A stretch of DNA of 64,000 nucleotides from an uncultured delta proteobacterium (GTDB taxonomy: Bacteria; Desulfobacterota; Binatia; Binatales; Binataceae), in the NCBI GenBank assembly GCA_963808235.1, contig CAWEEQ010000004.1, forward strand, positions 781,084-845,083, given 5' to 3'. Positions 1 to 10,400 of the stretch are shown piece by piece. The translations under genes and the position numbers were made by a program. Position 1 is the stretch's first letter; every line of letters starts with the position of its first letter. A model generated the notes under the pieces. It saw nothing but the letters and a program-made list of their open reading frames with translations, was not told the DNA's origin and made no database searches.

Positions 1-1
1 C

Positions 2-325
2 AATGCGATCAAATACACTCCGCGCGAAGGACACGTCACCGTCGAGGCGCATGAAGCGATGAGCGCCAACGGTACTGCGCCGACGCCGGGCGTGGCGCTG
101 GTGGTCTCCGACACCGGAGAAGGAATTCCCGCGCCCGACATCCCGCGCCTGACGGAGCGATTCTATCGCGTCGATCGTGCGCGCTCGCGCGAACTCGGCG
201 GCACCGGCCTGGGCCTCGCGATCGTCAAACACATCGTGCAACTCCATCACGGAGCGCTTCGCATCGAGAGCAAAGTGCGCGAGGGCACAACAGTCACAGT
301 CTGGATCCCCGCCGCCCCGCAGTGA
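2..325 (+). CDS. sensor histidine kinase, C-terminal HATPase_c part (5' partial)
   Basis: Frame continues from the window edge. Motifs NAIKYTP, DTGEGIP and GGTGLGLAIVK are typical of the HATPase_c N/G1/G2 boxes. Stop at 323-325. Confidence 0.8.
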   Translation, partial: NAIKYTPREGHVTVEAHEAMSANGTAPTPGVALVVSDTGEGIPAPDIPRLTERFYRVDRARSRELGGTGLGLAIVKHIVQLHHGALRIESKVREGTTVTVWIPAAPQ

Positions 326-431
326 TTCCTTCTTATCCGCGCCACAAATTGCACGAATCGAGCACTTTCCGCCCTATTCGTCGCGCGGCTTGCTCGCGCG
401 CGCTCGATATGAAAATTTCTAGGGTTCCGGT

Positions 432-508
432 GCGCCCATAGCTCAGTGGATTAGAGCGGATGACTACGGATCATCAGGTCGGGGGTTCAAGTCCCTCTGG
501 GCGCACCA
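432..508 (+). tRNA. tRNA-Arg (anticodon ACG)
   Basis: Cloverleaf read by eye: acceptor GCGCCCA/TGGGCGC, T8 A9, D-stem GCTC/GAGC, anticodon stem GATGA/TCATC with loop CTACGGA, T-arm GGGGG-TTCAAGT-CCCTC, CCA encoded. Confidence 0.85.
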
Positions 509-520
509 AATCTTTTTTTC
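509..520 (+). terminator. T-rich trailer after tRNA (aatcttttttt)
   Basis: Run of 7 T immediately 3' of the tRNA CCA end. Confidence 0.3.
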
Positions 521-556
521 AGATCGGCTAATTCCGAAAACGAGGAGCCAGCCGAG

Positions 557-1444
557 ATGAGAACGGCTCGCGACATCTCTATTCCCTATCGCATCGAGGA
601 TGGCGCCAAGTTCCGCCTGAAAGACTTCGATCCCGCCGACGCCGGTCGCATAAAATCGAAGAAGCACGCCGAAGAGGAGTTGCAGCACGGGGTTCAGCTA
701 CTGAGCGAATTGCAAGACAAACTCTACGCGCAGAACCGATGGGCCGTGCTGTTGATCTTTCAAGCGATGGACGCCGCCGGCAAGGACGGCGCTATCAAGC
801 ACGTGTTGTCGGGCGTCAATCCGCAAGGATGCGAGGTCTTCTCGTTCAAGCAACCATCGGTCGAAGAACTCAGTCACGACTTCATGTGGCGGACTTCGAA
901 GCGCGTCCCCGAGCGCGGGAAAATCGGAATCTTCAATCGCTCTTATTACGAGGAAGTTCTGGTGACGCGGGTCCACAAGGATTTGCTCGAGCGTGAGCGC
1001 ATCCCGCCGTCACTGATCAGCAAAGACCTCTGGAAAGAGCGCTTCGCGGATATCAATGCGCACGAACGCTACCTCGCGCACAACGGAATCGTGATTCTGA
1101 AGTTCTTTCTCAACCTGTCGAAAAAGGAACAACGCAAACGCTTTCTGAAAAGACTCGAAGAGCCCGCAAAGAACTGGAAATATTCGGCCGCCGACATCAG
1201 CGAGCGCGGTCTCTGGCGCGACTACATGTCGGCGTACGAACAAATGATCCAGAATACTGCGACCCCGCATGCGCCCTGGTTCGTCGTGCCTGCCGACAAC
1301 AAGTGGTACACGCGCCTTGTGGTCGCCGCGGCTATCGCGCATGCGCTCGAAGAATTGAAGCTCAGCTATCCTAAAGTCGACGCGGCAAAGCGCAAGGAAT
1401 TGAAAGCGGCGCAGATCGCGCTTCAAAATGAGCGCAGTGACTGA
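557..1444 (+). CDS. polyphosphate kinase 2 (PPK2) family polyphosphate:nucleotide phosphotransferase
   Basis: RBS GAGGAG upstream. Protein has the PPK2 Walker A-like AMDAAGKDG and the conserved FNRSYYE/lid region. 295 aa. Confidence 0.85.
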   Translation: MRTARDISIPYRIEDGAKFRLKDFDPADAGRIKSKKHAEEELQHGVQLLSELQDKLYAQNRWAVLLIFQAMDAAGKDGAIKHVLSGVNPQGCEVFSFKQPSVEELSHDFMWRTSKRVPERGKIGIFNRSYYEEVLVTRVHKDLLERERIPPSLISKDLWKERFADINAHERYLAHNGIVILKFFLNLSKKEQRKRFLKRLEEPAKNWKYSAADISERGLWRDYMSAYEQMIQNTATPHAPWFVVPADNKWYTRLVVAAAIAHALEELKLSYPKVDAAKRKELKAAQIALQNERSD

Positions 1445-2675
1445 GCCGCCCGCATTTGCGGCCGCCGCGCCCGCCGATTCTATTTCGCCGCTCGCCGAGT
1501 TCGACTCGCCACGTGCGTGGTGGATGGTTGCGGCCGCATTTGTCGCGATGTTCGCGACGTACAGCGTCGCCTACAGCTTCGGCGCGTTCTTCAAACCGAT
1601 GGCCGCGCAGTTCGGCGCGGATCGCAGCGCCACCTCCGCAATGTTTTCGTTGACCGTGCTGGTCTGGTGCGTGCTCGGCCCAGTCACCGGCCATCTCTCG
1701 GATCGATTCGGTCCACGAATCGTGCTCGCGTCCGGGGCGCTCGTCATGGGGCTGGGTCTCGCGCTTACATCAACGATCGATCGCCTGTGGATTGGCTACC
1801 TGACCTACGGAATCGGCGTCGGCGTCGGAGTCGCGTGCGCGTATGTTCCGATGGTCGCGGTGGTCGGAGGATGGTTTCTGCGCCGGCGCAACACCGCACT
1901 CGGGATCGCGGTGGCCGGAATCGGATTCGGCACGGTGTGCGGCGCGCCGATCGCCGCAGTGTTGATCGCGCCGCTCGGCTGGCGCGCGACCTACCTTGTT
2001 TTCGCGATCGCGACCACCGCGATTCTGCTCGGATGCGCTTTCGTAGCCGAGCGCCCTCCGGTCCACGTCACGCCCTCGCGCGTACGTCTTGGCGACGCGC
2101 TCCGCACTCCGGCCTTCGTACTTTTGTACGCATCGTCGGTTATGGTCTCAACGGCACTGTTCGTGCCGTTCGTCTATCTGCCGTCATTCGCGCACGATCA
2201 TGGCGTGTCCGAATTTTCAAGCGCCGCGCTGGTCGGCGTAATTGGCGGCGCGAGCGTAGCGGGGCGGATGGGACTCGGCGCGCTTGCCGATCGCGCCGGC
2301 GTCGTGCGCCTCTACCAGGCAAGCTTTCTGGTACTCGCGCTCAGCTATGGCATCTGGATGTTTGCGAGTTCGTACTCCGCAATGCTGCTCTTCGCAATCG
2401 TGATGGGCGCCGGCTACGGCGGATACGTCGCGCTATCTCCCGCGGTGATAGCTCACCTGTTCGGGACGCATCGGATGGGCACGATGCTCGGCGCTCTTTA
2501 TACCGCCGGTGGATTTGGCGCGATGGTCGGTCCGCCGATAGTTGGCTTGATCATTGACCGGACCGGCAGCTACCGCGTCGCGATCGCGGCCGCATTCGCA
2601 GTCGCGATGCTTTCCTTCGCGCTGCTGATCCCATTGCGCCGCTACGAACCGGCCAGCCAAACCCTCGTAGATTGA
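1428..2675 (+). CDS. MFS transporter (oxalate/formate antiporter-like)
   Basis: About 12 predicted TM helices. MFS signature GHLSDRFGPR between TM2 and TM3. Overlaps the PPK2 stop by 17 nt. Confidence 0.8.
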   Translation: MSAVTEPPAFAAAAPADSISPLAEFDSPRAWWMVAAAFVAMFATYSVAYSFGAFFKPMAAQFGADRSATSAMFSLTVLVWCVLGPVTGHLSDRFGPRIVLASGALVMGLGLALTSTIDRLWIGYLTYGIGVGVGVACAYVPMVAVVGGWFLRRRNTALGIAVAGIGFGTVCGAPIAAVLIAPLGWRATYLVFAIATTAILLGCAFVAERPPVHVTPSRVRLGDALRTPAFVLLYASSVMVSTALFVPFVYLPSFAHDHGVSEFSSAALVGVIGGASVAGRMGLGALADRAGVVRLYQASFLVLALSYGIWMFASSYSAMLLFAIVMGAGYGGYVALSPAVIAHLFGTHRMGTMLGALYTAGGFGAMVGPPIVGLIIDRTGSYRVAIAAAFAVAMLSFALLIPLRRYEPASQTLVD

Positions 2676-2676
2676 A

Positions 2677-2697
2677 AGTAGTCACAATATGAACTAC
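2677..2697 (+). promoter_or_regulatory. imperfect palindrome AGTAGTCACAATATGAACTAC upstream of TA operon (candidate operator)
   Basis: Inverted repeat GTAGT..ACTAC flanking an AT-rich core 12 nt before the toxin start. Confidence 0.3.
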
Positions 2698-2708
2698 ATT
2701 GAAGTTCG

Positions 2709-3008
2709 ATGCCGAAGCGTTCTGTTAAGCTCGGCCCCGATGCGATCCGTCACTTCAGGGCGCTCCGCGCGGCCGAACGCGCGCGGCTTGCGGCGGCGAT
2801 GCAGGCCGGGCTCGGTGAAGATGATGCAACCGTTGAGAACAAAAACCGCTTCCGTTTGCGACGTCCCTCCGGGCAGTCCGAGTTCGAGTTCCGGAAAGGA
2901 GATTTGCGCGTCTTCTATCGCGTTGCAGACGATGAAGTACTGGTCGATGCAATCGGACGCAAGCGCGGCAACCAACTTTTCATTGGCGGCAGTAAGGTGA
3001 CTCTATGA
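2709..3008 (+). CDS. type II toxin-antitoxin system toxin, RelE/ParE family
   Basis: 99 aa. C-terminal GDLRVFYRV..DEVLVDAIGRKR matches the RelE/ParE core (R.GDYR..Y.V....V.V..IGHR). 4-nt ATGA overlap with the next gene. Confidence 0.65.
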   Translation: MPKRSVKLGPDAIRHFRALRAAERARLAAAMQAGLGEDDATVENKNRFRLRRPSGQSEFEFRKGDLRVFYRVADDEVLVDAIGRKRGNQLFIGGSKVTL

Positions 3009-3247
3009 AAATTGAAAACATTCGCGAGGTTAAGACGCGGTTCAGTCGCTATGTCAACGAGCTGCCCAAAAGTGGCTCGATACTGATCACCAAGAACGGC
3101 CGGCCGTGCGCGGCGTTGATGCCGGTGACAGAAGACACGGACCTTGAAGCCCTGGCGCTGTCCCAGAACAAGCGTTTCTGGAAAATAATCGATGATGCGA
3201 TTGCGCGCGGGAAAAAAGAGGGCTTCGTTGATTTGGCTGATCTCTAG
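3005..3247 (+). CDS. type II antitoxin, Phd/YefM family
   Basis: 80 aa. N-terminus MKIENIREVKTRFSRYVNEL..ILITKNGRPCAALMPV is typical of Phd/YefM. Translationally coupled to the upstream toxin. Confidence 0.65.
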   Translation: MKIENIREVKTRFSRYVNELPKSGSILITKNGRPCAALMPVTEDTDLEALALSQNKRFWKIIDDAIARGKKEGFVDLADL

Positions 3248-3277
3248 AACACTAGCGGCGCACGCGCTACGAACCGG

Positions 3278-4348
3278 TTACCGAGTCGCCGATTGCGCCG
3301 GGCTGGCCGGCGCCGCGACCGTGAAACTCCACTCGTAGAGCTTGTCGGCTTCCTTCAACGCGACCTTGTAATGACCGGGCGCCAGCGGTTCGCGCGGAAT
3401 GATCACCGCCGCGCCGATCGCTTTGAGACCTTCCTTGCCAGTCGTGGTCTCTTGCGTATCGCGGCCATTATATGACGCCGCCGTGATGAGGCATGTTTCC
3501 AGCTCGACACCATCGCGCGAAACGAGATTCGACGAAACTTCAAGACTGCCATCGGCGCCATATCCTTCGCCAAGTTGAATCGAAATCGGCGCGCCAGTCG
3601 GCGCTTTGTATCCGGGGCACGCCGTCAATGGATCGGGATACTCGCCGCCCGGATACGATTGCCAATCTATAGTGGCGCCGTTGGGCGGAAATTCGACCGC
3701 CGCTTTCAATCGTCCGGTCTCTGCGGGGATTAGCCCAAGCCCCGGATTCCAAAGTCGATCGCTTGCAGGTCCGTCGTAGAGCTCCAGGCGCACCGACTTC
3801 TCCAACCCGTACCGGCCCGGAATCACGATTGCGCATTCTCCAGAATCGCAGTAAGCGCCAAGTCCAACCAGCGAGAACTGCGGGACCATCGCAGTCAGGC
3901 CGCTGAATGGCATCGCCAGCAGGCGATCGACAAATTCGGCCCCGCTCAGATCGATCTGGCGCGCATTCAGGATTACCGATCTCACGCCGGCTGACGCGCC
4001 CCTGTCGCTGTAGAACGGCTTTCCCTTGATCTCAAACTTTGCGGGTTCCTGCCGAACTTGAATCTGCAGCTTCTGTTTGTCGAGAACGATATCGCCGCCG
4101 CCAATCCCATTTTTGACCAGGTAGCGCGCGTGATCATACGCGCCCGCGCTCAGCGCGCTGTCATCGACGACCGGCGGCAGCTTCGCCATCGCGCGATAGT
4201 AGTTCAGCCGCGCGTTGGCACTCGAGGCGAAATCGGCCAGCGCGCCCGACGATGCCGGGTCCGTCTGCGCGACGGCAAGGCTCGTCGCGAAAATCATTGC
4301 GCCACCGGCCAAAACGGCAAACTTGAAGTATCGCATGAAGTATCGCAT
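3278..4348 (-). CDS. secreted hypothetical protein (signal peptide; possible CAP/SCP-like N-terminal region)
   Basis: Signal peptide MRYFMRYFKFAVLAGGAMIFATSLAVAQ. The NYYRAMAKLPP...YDHARYL segment weakly resembles the CAP domain N-terminus. Start sits inside a 12-nt tandem repeat. Confidence 0.55.
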   Translation of the reverse strand: MRYFMRYFKFAVLAGGAMIFATSLAVAQTDPASSGALADFASSANARLNYYRAMAKLPPVVDDSALSAGAYDHARYLVKNGIGGGDIVLDKQKLQIQVRQEPAKFEIKGKPFYSDRGASAGVRSVILNARQIDLSGAEFVDRLLAMPFSGLTAMVPQFSLVGLGAYCDSGECAIVIPGRYGLEKSVRLELYDGPASDRLWNPGLGLIPAETGRLKAAVEFPPNGATIDWQSYPGGEYPDPLTACPGYKAPTGAPISIQLGEGYGADGSLEVSSNLVSRDGVELETCLITAASYNGRDTQETTTGKEGLKAIGAAVIIPREPLAPGHYKVALKEADKLYEWSFTVAAPASPAQSATR

Positions 4349-4358
4349 GAAGTATCGC
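4325..4358. repeat. 12-nt tandem repeat (gaagtatcgcat x about 2.8) spanning the start codon
   Basis: Read directly. On the minus strand it encodes MRYF-MRYF and provides two in-frame ATG starts. Confidence 0.8.
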
Positions 4359-4760
4359 TTACGACTCCGAACAAAGTCCGTGCGCGCGCAGATACTTCAC
4401 ATCGTCGTCAGTAATTTTCGGCCCACTTTTGATTTGTGCCCAGGTTACCGACTGGTTCAACGTGTTGATCCCGCATTCGACCTCGAACATCTCGGCGCCG
4501 TCAGTCCTTTTGATCGGCACGAAGATGTTCGCCGTGCGTACCGAATTCTGCTCGACCATCCGCGGATCGGCCGTCATCCCATTGCTCATCTCGACGCTTT
4601 GCCCGCGAACGCTGTTGCAGATTGGCGCCGGATCGACTTTGCATCCGTTCATGTCGACGACGTTCGTCGAACCCGTGCTGCCGCTCGGCGCAGGTTGTGA
4701 CGCGCATGCCGCGACCGCCATCGATACAAACAGAGCTGGAATCAGCAAACCTCGCCGCAT
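4359..4760 (-). CDS. lipoprotein, hypothetical
   Basis: Signal peptide with lipobox VAAC. 133 aa. No recognizable domain. Confidence 0.55.
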   Translation of the reverse strand: MRRGLLIPALFVSMAVAACASQPAPSGSTGSTNVVDMNGCKVDPAPICNSVRGQSVEMSNGMTADPRMVEQNSVRTANIFVPIKRTDGAEMFEVECGINTLNQSVTWAQIKSGPKITDDDVKYLRAHGLCSES

Positions 4761-4982
4761 GTCGGAACCCCTTTATCGAGACGGATTAAAGATCTCACCG
4801 GAAAGTAACAGTGCGCCAACTCTTTGACAACAAAACCGGTTCCGCGGATTACCAAGTCGCGGGAATTCATGTGCGCACTTCCACGCCTTCACGAGTTGAG
4901 TTGTTAAATCGAGGATGGTGCTGCTAGTTTCGAAAAATGAATTGCCCGCGGCTTGGGGCTGCGCGCTTAGGGGATATTTTCG

Positions 4983-5231
4983 ATGCGTAAAATCATAATG
5001 TCCGGTCTCTTTGCGATTGCGGTAGTCGGGCTCGCGTTCGCGGCCGATAGGGATCGCCACGCGAGCTTCAACGATCCGAAGACGCCGGCCGCAGTCGCGC
5101 AGTGCAAGGGCTTCTACGGGACGGACGACAATCTGACGGCGTGCAACGATTTCTGCGGCCAGTGGCGGACTGCCAACGCGGGCGGCACCTGCGCCTGCGA
5201 CGACGGCAGGTGTCCCGCCGACGACCATTAG
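4983..5231 (+). CDS. small secreted Cys-rich protein, hypothetical
   Basis: 82 aa. Signal peptide MRKIIMSGLFAIAVVGLAFA. Six Cys in the mature part. Confidence 0.45.
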   Translation: MRKIIMSGLFAIAVVGLAFAADRDRHASFNDPKTPAAVAQCKGFYGTDDNLTACNDFCGQWRTANAGGTCACDDGRCPADDH

Positions 5232-5256
5232 GATTCAGTTCGCGCGCGCAGCGCCG

Positions 5257-5850
5257 CTAAGCTGCGTCGTGAAAGATCACGCCCATCGCATAGCGCACGC
5301 CGGATGTAACCGTGCTCACGCCGTGGCGCATGTTCACGCGATGAAATCCGCGCGCGCCCGCGACCGGGCGATAGCGGTTCGCGAAGATAATTCCTTCGCC
5401 TTCATTCAGCGCGATCGCTTCGCCGCGCGATTGCGCCCGCGGCCGCTGCTCGACCAGTAGCAATTCGCCGCCTTCGAAATCGCGCCCGCGCCGGTTGAGC
5501 GCGCACGTGAACTGAACCGGGAACGCAATCTCGCCGTACAAGTCCTGATGCAGGCAGTTGTATCCGCCGGTCTCGTAACGAAGGATTAGCGGGGTCGGCC
5601 TGGTCTGGCCACGCGCCGCGCACATCTTCAGAAAAGCCGAGAGCGTTTCGGGATACGAGTCGCGACTGCGCAATCGCGCGGCCCACCTGTCGGCGGTACC
5701 GACCAGCTTGCGATACAGCTCGGTTCGAAGCCGTTCGACGATCTCCGGCATCGGGCGCGCGAAGTACTTATACTCTCCGACGCCGTAACGGTGCCGCTCC
5801 ATCACGATGCGGCTTCGAAACCGCTCGCGATTCGGATAGAGCGCGATCAA
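5257..5850 (-). CDS. 2OG-Fe(II) oxygenase superfamily protein
   Basis: 197 aa. LHQD...H.D-like jelly-roll motifs (CLHQDLYGE ... FHRVNMRHGV). Confidence 0.6.
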   Translation of the reverse strand: MIALYPNRERFRSRIVMERHRYGVGEYKYFARPMPEIVERLRTELYRKLVGTADRWAARLRSRDSYPETLSAFLKMCAARGQTRPTPLILRYETGGYNCLHQDLYGEIAFPVQFTCALNRRGRDFEGGELLLVEQRPRAQSRGEAIALNEGEGIIFANRYRPVAGARGFHRVNMRHGVSTVTSGVRYAMGVIFHDAA

Positions 5851-5971
5851 GTCGGCGCATTCGCTCGAGCGCAGGAACTTTCCGGTCGTCGCGTAACCGC
5901 GCGCGTCGAGATCGCGCTCGATTCGATCCCAGTCGAGCCGCGCAATACGATCGGCGATGCTCGCTCCAATC

Positions 5972-6862
5972 TTACTCGGCGTTGGCGCGGATGAACTCTC
6001 CTATCTTCTCGATCGCCTGCTGCCCCTCATCGAGCATCGGTGCGAAAATTTGCCATACGTGGATCATGTTCTCCCACGGCTCCAGCGTAACCTTCACTCC
6101 CGCTTTGCGCGCGCGCTCTGCGAGCCGGGTCGAGTCATCGAGCAAAGTTTCCGCAGTGCCGACCTGGATCAACAACGGCGGAAGTCCTGCGAGGTCTGCA
6201 TAGAGCGGCGCTGCGAGCGGCGTGCGCGGATCCTTGCCCGCAAGATAAGCCGCCGCCATTTCGATCAGGCCGTCCTTTTGGACCATCGGATCCGCAGCCG
6301 CCTTCGACTTCATCGAATCGCCGAGCCCTTCGAGATCGACCCACGGCGACATACACACGCCGGCGCCCGGAAGCGCGAGCTTCGCATCGCGAATCGCGAC
6401 CAGCGTCGCGACCGTCAGCCCGCCGCCTGCGGAGTCGCCGGCGACGGCGATGCGCGCAGGCTTCAGTCCCGTCGAGATCATCCAGCGATACGCGGCGACC
6501 GAATCGTCGACAGCCGCGGGAAATGGATGCTCCGGCGCGAGCCGGTACTCGATCACCAGCACTCGCGCTTTCGACGCGCGCGAAAGTCTCGCCGCGAGCG
6601 AGCGATGAGTATTGATCGAGCCGATAACGTACCCGCCACCGTGCAGGTAAAGGATCGCGCGCCCCGTGTCTGCCCCCGGCGCCGTCACCCACTCGGCCTT
6701 GATTCCGCCAGCATTCACCGGCTCGCACTTGACGTCCGCATCGACCGGAAAGAGTCCAGCCATCTGCTCAAATCCCGCGCGCGTCTCCTCGACTGACGGC
6801 TTGCCCGCGATCGGCTGCGCCTTGAGCATTTGGACGATTTGTTGAAGCTGTTGTTGTGACAT
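5972..6862 (-). CDS. alpha/beta hydrolase, hormone-sensitive lipase (HSL) family esterase
   Basis: HGGG oxyanion motif (LYLHGGGY), nucleophile elbow GDSAGG, and His in the catalytic triad region. Start chosen at MSQQQ with GGAGG RBS 7 nt upstream; the ORF track extends 29 codons further. Confidence 0.8.
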   Translation of the reverse strand: MSQQQLQQIVQMLKAQPIAGKPSVEETRAGFEQMAGLFPVDADVKCEPVNAGGIKAEWVTAPGADTGRAILYLHGGGYVIGSINTHRSLAARLSRASKARVLVIEYRLAPEHPFPAAVDDSVAAYRWMISTGLKPARIAVAGDSAGGGLTVATLVAIRDAKLALPGAGVCMSPWVDLEGLGDSMKSKAAADPMVQKDGLIEMAAAYLAGKDPRTPLAAPLYADLAGLPPLLIQVGTAETLLDDSTRLAERARKAGVKVTLEPWENMIHVWQIFAPMLDEGQQAIEKIGEFIRANAE

Positions 6863-6963
6863 CGAATACCTCCGGTTTCCTGGTGCGGCGCCGAGTATAG
6901 CGCCGCTCGTTTGCACCCTGCAAAGACGCGTTCGGTTCGCGCCGCGCATGGCATAATCACCGC

Positions 6964-7392
6964 ATGGCGATCGAGTACACGATCCTCGCCGACGCGATCG
7001 TCATCGTCCACGCGGCATACGTAGCGTTCGTCGTGGGCGGACTCGTCGCGATTCTGATCGGCGGTGCGACGGGATGGCGATGGACCCGAAGCTTCGCGTT
7101 TCGAGTCGCGCACCTCGCCGCGATTACGCTCGTATGCATCGAGTCAGTCGTCGGCGTGATGTGTCCGCTGACTTCGCTCGAAGACTGGATGCGCGCGCGT
7201 GGCGGAGCCGCGCGGTATCGCGGTGACTTCGTCGGCTACTGGGCGCATCGCCTGATTTTCTACAACTTCCCGCCGTGGGCATTCGCGATCGTGTACTTCA
7301 CATTCGCGGCTCTGGTCGTCATCACATTCATTCTTCTACCGCCACGATGGCCCACCCGCACGCATCGTGCGCACACTAGCGATCCGCTCTGA
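6964..7392 (+). CDS. small integral membrane protein (DUF2784-like)
   Basis: 142 aa with 3-4 TM helices. Pattern resembles the DUF2784 family from memory. Confidence 0.5.
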   Translation: MAIEYTILADAIVIVHAAYVAFVVGGLVAILIGGATGWRWTRSFAFRVAHLAAITLVCIESVVGVMCPLTSLEDWMRARGGAARYRGDFVGYWAHRLIFYNFPPWAFAIVYFTFAALVVITFILLPPRWPTRTHRAHTSDPL

Positions 7393-7405
7393 GAGGAAGA
7401 CGCGG

Positions 7406-10400
7406 CTATGCGTTGAGTTCGTCGAGGAGCGCCTTGGCGTCCATCAGGTCGGCAGTGTCGAAGCCCTCAGAGAACCAGTTGTAGATGTCGGCGAGCATCG
7501 CGCACGCCTCGTCGCGGCGGTCGGTACTCATCAGTATTCGCGCGAGCGAGGTCGTCGCGCGCAGTTCGAGCGATTTCGCCCCCTGCTGTCGGGCCTTCTT
7601 GATCGCGTGCTCGACCGACGCTCTCGCCAGAGCCGGATCGGAAGGACTCTGACCCAGGAGCAACTCGCCGCGAAGGCGATTAATTTCCGCTTCCCAGAAA
7701 CATTCGCCGCTGCGACGGACCAGGTCCAGGGCGTCGCCGATCGCCTTCAAACCATGCTCGATGCGTCCGGCTCTCAGGCACGAGTCGGCGAGAGTCGCGA
7801 GACTGAGCGTGAGCCACAACTCCTCTCGGTTGGCCGAAAGTGCATCGGTTTCTTCGCGTATCTGCCTTATTCCCTCCTCCGCTCTTCCAAGCTCGGTTAA
7901 GGCCCACCCTTTGACAACGCGCGCATGGCGCAGAACGTAGAGGAACCCCACGTCCTCCGCTGCGTTTATCGCGGCCCCGGCGATTTCCAGCGCAAGCTTC
8001 GGTTCCAGCATCATGCGATGAACCAGTGCCTTCTCGTACAAGGCGAAAGCTGCCGAGATGGCGTCTCCAAGTTCATTCGCAAGTGAAACGGCCCGTTCCG
8101 CGCATCGCCGCGCCGCATCGGGACGACCGCGCAGCCATGACAGCTGCGCGTCCCATGCATAGCCGCACACGGCCGGATGATGAGCGGTGTAGAGCGGGAC
8201 GGCAGCCGAACGAAGCTTCGACTCGAACAGCTTGAGCCCCCGCTCGACATGGCGTTGCGAGGCCTCCAGTTCACCTGCGGAAAGCGCCACCGACCAGTCA
8301 TGATGGATCGCCTCGAGAAGGAAAACCGGATCGGGGTGGCGATCGACGAAATCCCAGATCGGCTTCTGCCGTTCGCGGGCTCCCCTCAAGTTGCCGCCGA
8401 CGTAGAGCAGTCCAAACAATCCAACCAGTAGCGCGAACTGCTGCTCGGGTGTGGCTCCTGTCTCAGCAAGCCGCTCGGCGCGAAGATAGGCCCTCTCGGT
8501 TTCCGGCGCCGCCCACCCTTTGGTGGCCATCAGCGCGGGACCAAGGCTGGTTTGGAGCGCGAATTCGCGCCGGTCCCGCTCGGGGCTAGATGGCGTGCGT
8601 TCAAGTAATTCCAAAGCGGCGGTTAGGTTCCGCATCGCCTCGCCGTACGCCAGTCGCCGAACGGCTCGGAGACCTGCGCTTTCGAGATAGTCGAGTGCCT
8701 TCGCGGAATTTCCGCTGCGGCTGTAATGATGGGCCAGTTCGTCGAGGTAGTCGTCGATTGAATTTGCGTAGAGCCTCTCGAGAGCCGCACCGATTCGTCC
8801 ATGAAGTTGTCTGCGCCGTTCCATCAGTGCCGAGTTGTACGAGACCTCCAGTGTCAGCGCGTGCTTGAAGGTGTATTCAGAATCGCCGATGGCCGGCTGC
8901 TCGTAGATGAACTCGCCGAGCTGGAGGACATCGAGCAGCCGCCTGGTCTCGTCATCCGGGATCGAGACCACCGCGCGAATCAGCGACAGCGGAAATTCGC
9001 GGCCAATCACCGCCAGCGTCTGTAACAGGTCTTTGGCATCCTGCGGCAGGCGGTCGATGCGCGCGGCGAGAATCGCCTGAACTGTCGGCGGAATCTTCAA
9101 CGCCGCCAACGACCGCGTGAGCTTCACCGCCCCGCCGTCACGCACCAGCGCGTTCTCGTCGAACAGGACCTGCACCGTCTCTTCCATGAAGAACGGATTG
9201 CCCTCGGTCTTCTCGACAATCAGCCGCTTGAGCGGCGCGAGTTCGGTACCGTCGCCGAGCAGCGCGGACAACATCTCCTCGGCAGATTCTTTGCCCAGCG
9301 GGTCCAAGCGTAACTGAATGTAGTAGGTCTTGCTGTTCCACTGATGCGAGTACTCGGGGCGATAATTGACCAGCAGCAGGATCTTCGCCGTGCCGATGGA
9401 TTCTGCCAGCAGGTTCAAAAAGCCTTGCGTCTCCTCGTCGATCCAGTGCAGGTCCTCGAAAATCACCATCAGCGGCTGATTCATCGACTCTCGCAGCAGG
9501 ATGCGCTTGATCGCGTCGAGCGTGCGCCGCCTGCGCACCTCCCCGTCCATTTGCGCCAGCGGATCGTCGCCCTCGATAATGCCCAGCAATACGAAAAGGT
9601 ACGGCAACGTATCTTCAAGCGAACGATCGAGCGTCAAGACCTTGCCGTTGACTTTCTCGCGCCGCGTGCGCACGTCGTCATCCGAGGTGATGCGGAAGTA
9701 GCCGTGTAGCAACTCGATTGTGGGCAGATACGCAGACGCTTTCCCGTGAGAGACGGAAAAGGTCTCCAGCACCATCCAGCCCGACTGGTGCTTGGCCTTG
9801 AACTCAAAGAACAGGCGCGATTTGCCGGTGCCGGCCTCGGCCATCGCGGCGACAATCTGTCCGCGTCCAACGCGCGTGAGTTCCGACGCGTTGCGCATCG
9901 CCTCCATCTCGCGCTCGCGCCCGACGAACTTGGTAAGCCCCCGCCCCGCCGAGCGTTGCAGCCGTGTGCGCAACGGCCCGAGCCCGGTCACCTCGTAAAC
10001 ATTGACCGGCTCGGTGACTCCTTTTACTTTGGTCGGACCCAGCGGCTTGAGCTGGAAATATCCCTCGACCAGTTTGCTCGTCTGCTCACTGATCGCGATC
10101 GAGCCGGTTGGCGCGACGGCCTGCATCCGCGACGCCAGGTTGGTGGTGTGCCCAATCGGCGTGTATTCAACGTGGCCGCTGCCGGTTGAGATCGAGCGCA
10201 CGACGACTTCGCCGGTGTTCGCGCCGATGCGCGCCTCGATCGGCCTTCCACCCTCGGCCACCAGTTTGGCCGAGTAGCGTTTCAGCTCCTCCTGCATCCG
10301 CAGGCCAGCGTACAGAGCGCGCTGCGGATGGTCCTCGTGCGCAAGCGGTGCGCCGAACAGCGCGAAAATCCCGTCGCCGGTGGACTGCACGATGTATCCG

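Noticed and set aside
1517-2557. 346-aa Arg-rich ORF on the plus strand overlapping the MFS transporter gene in another frame
   Set aside because: Extreme Arg/Ser/Gly composition typical of an off-frame reading of GC-rich coding DNA. The MFS frame has clear TM periodicity and signature motifs.
6135-6728. 197-aa Arg/Gly-rich minus-strand ORF inside the esterase gene region
   Set aside because: Alternative frame of the HSL esterase gene. The esterase frame carries the HGGG/GDSAGG motifs.
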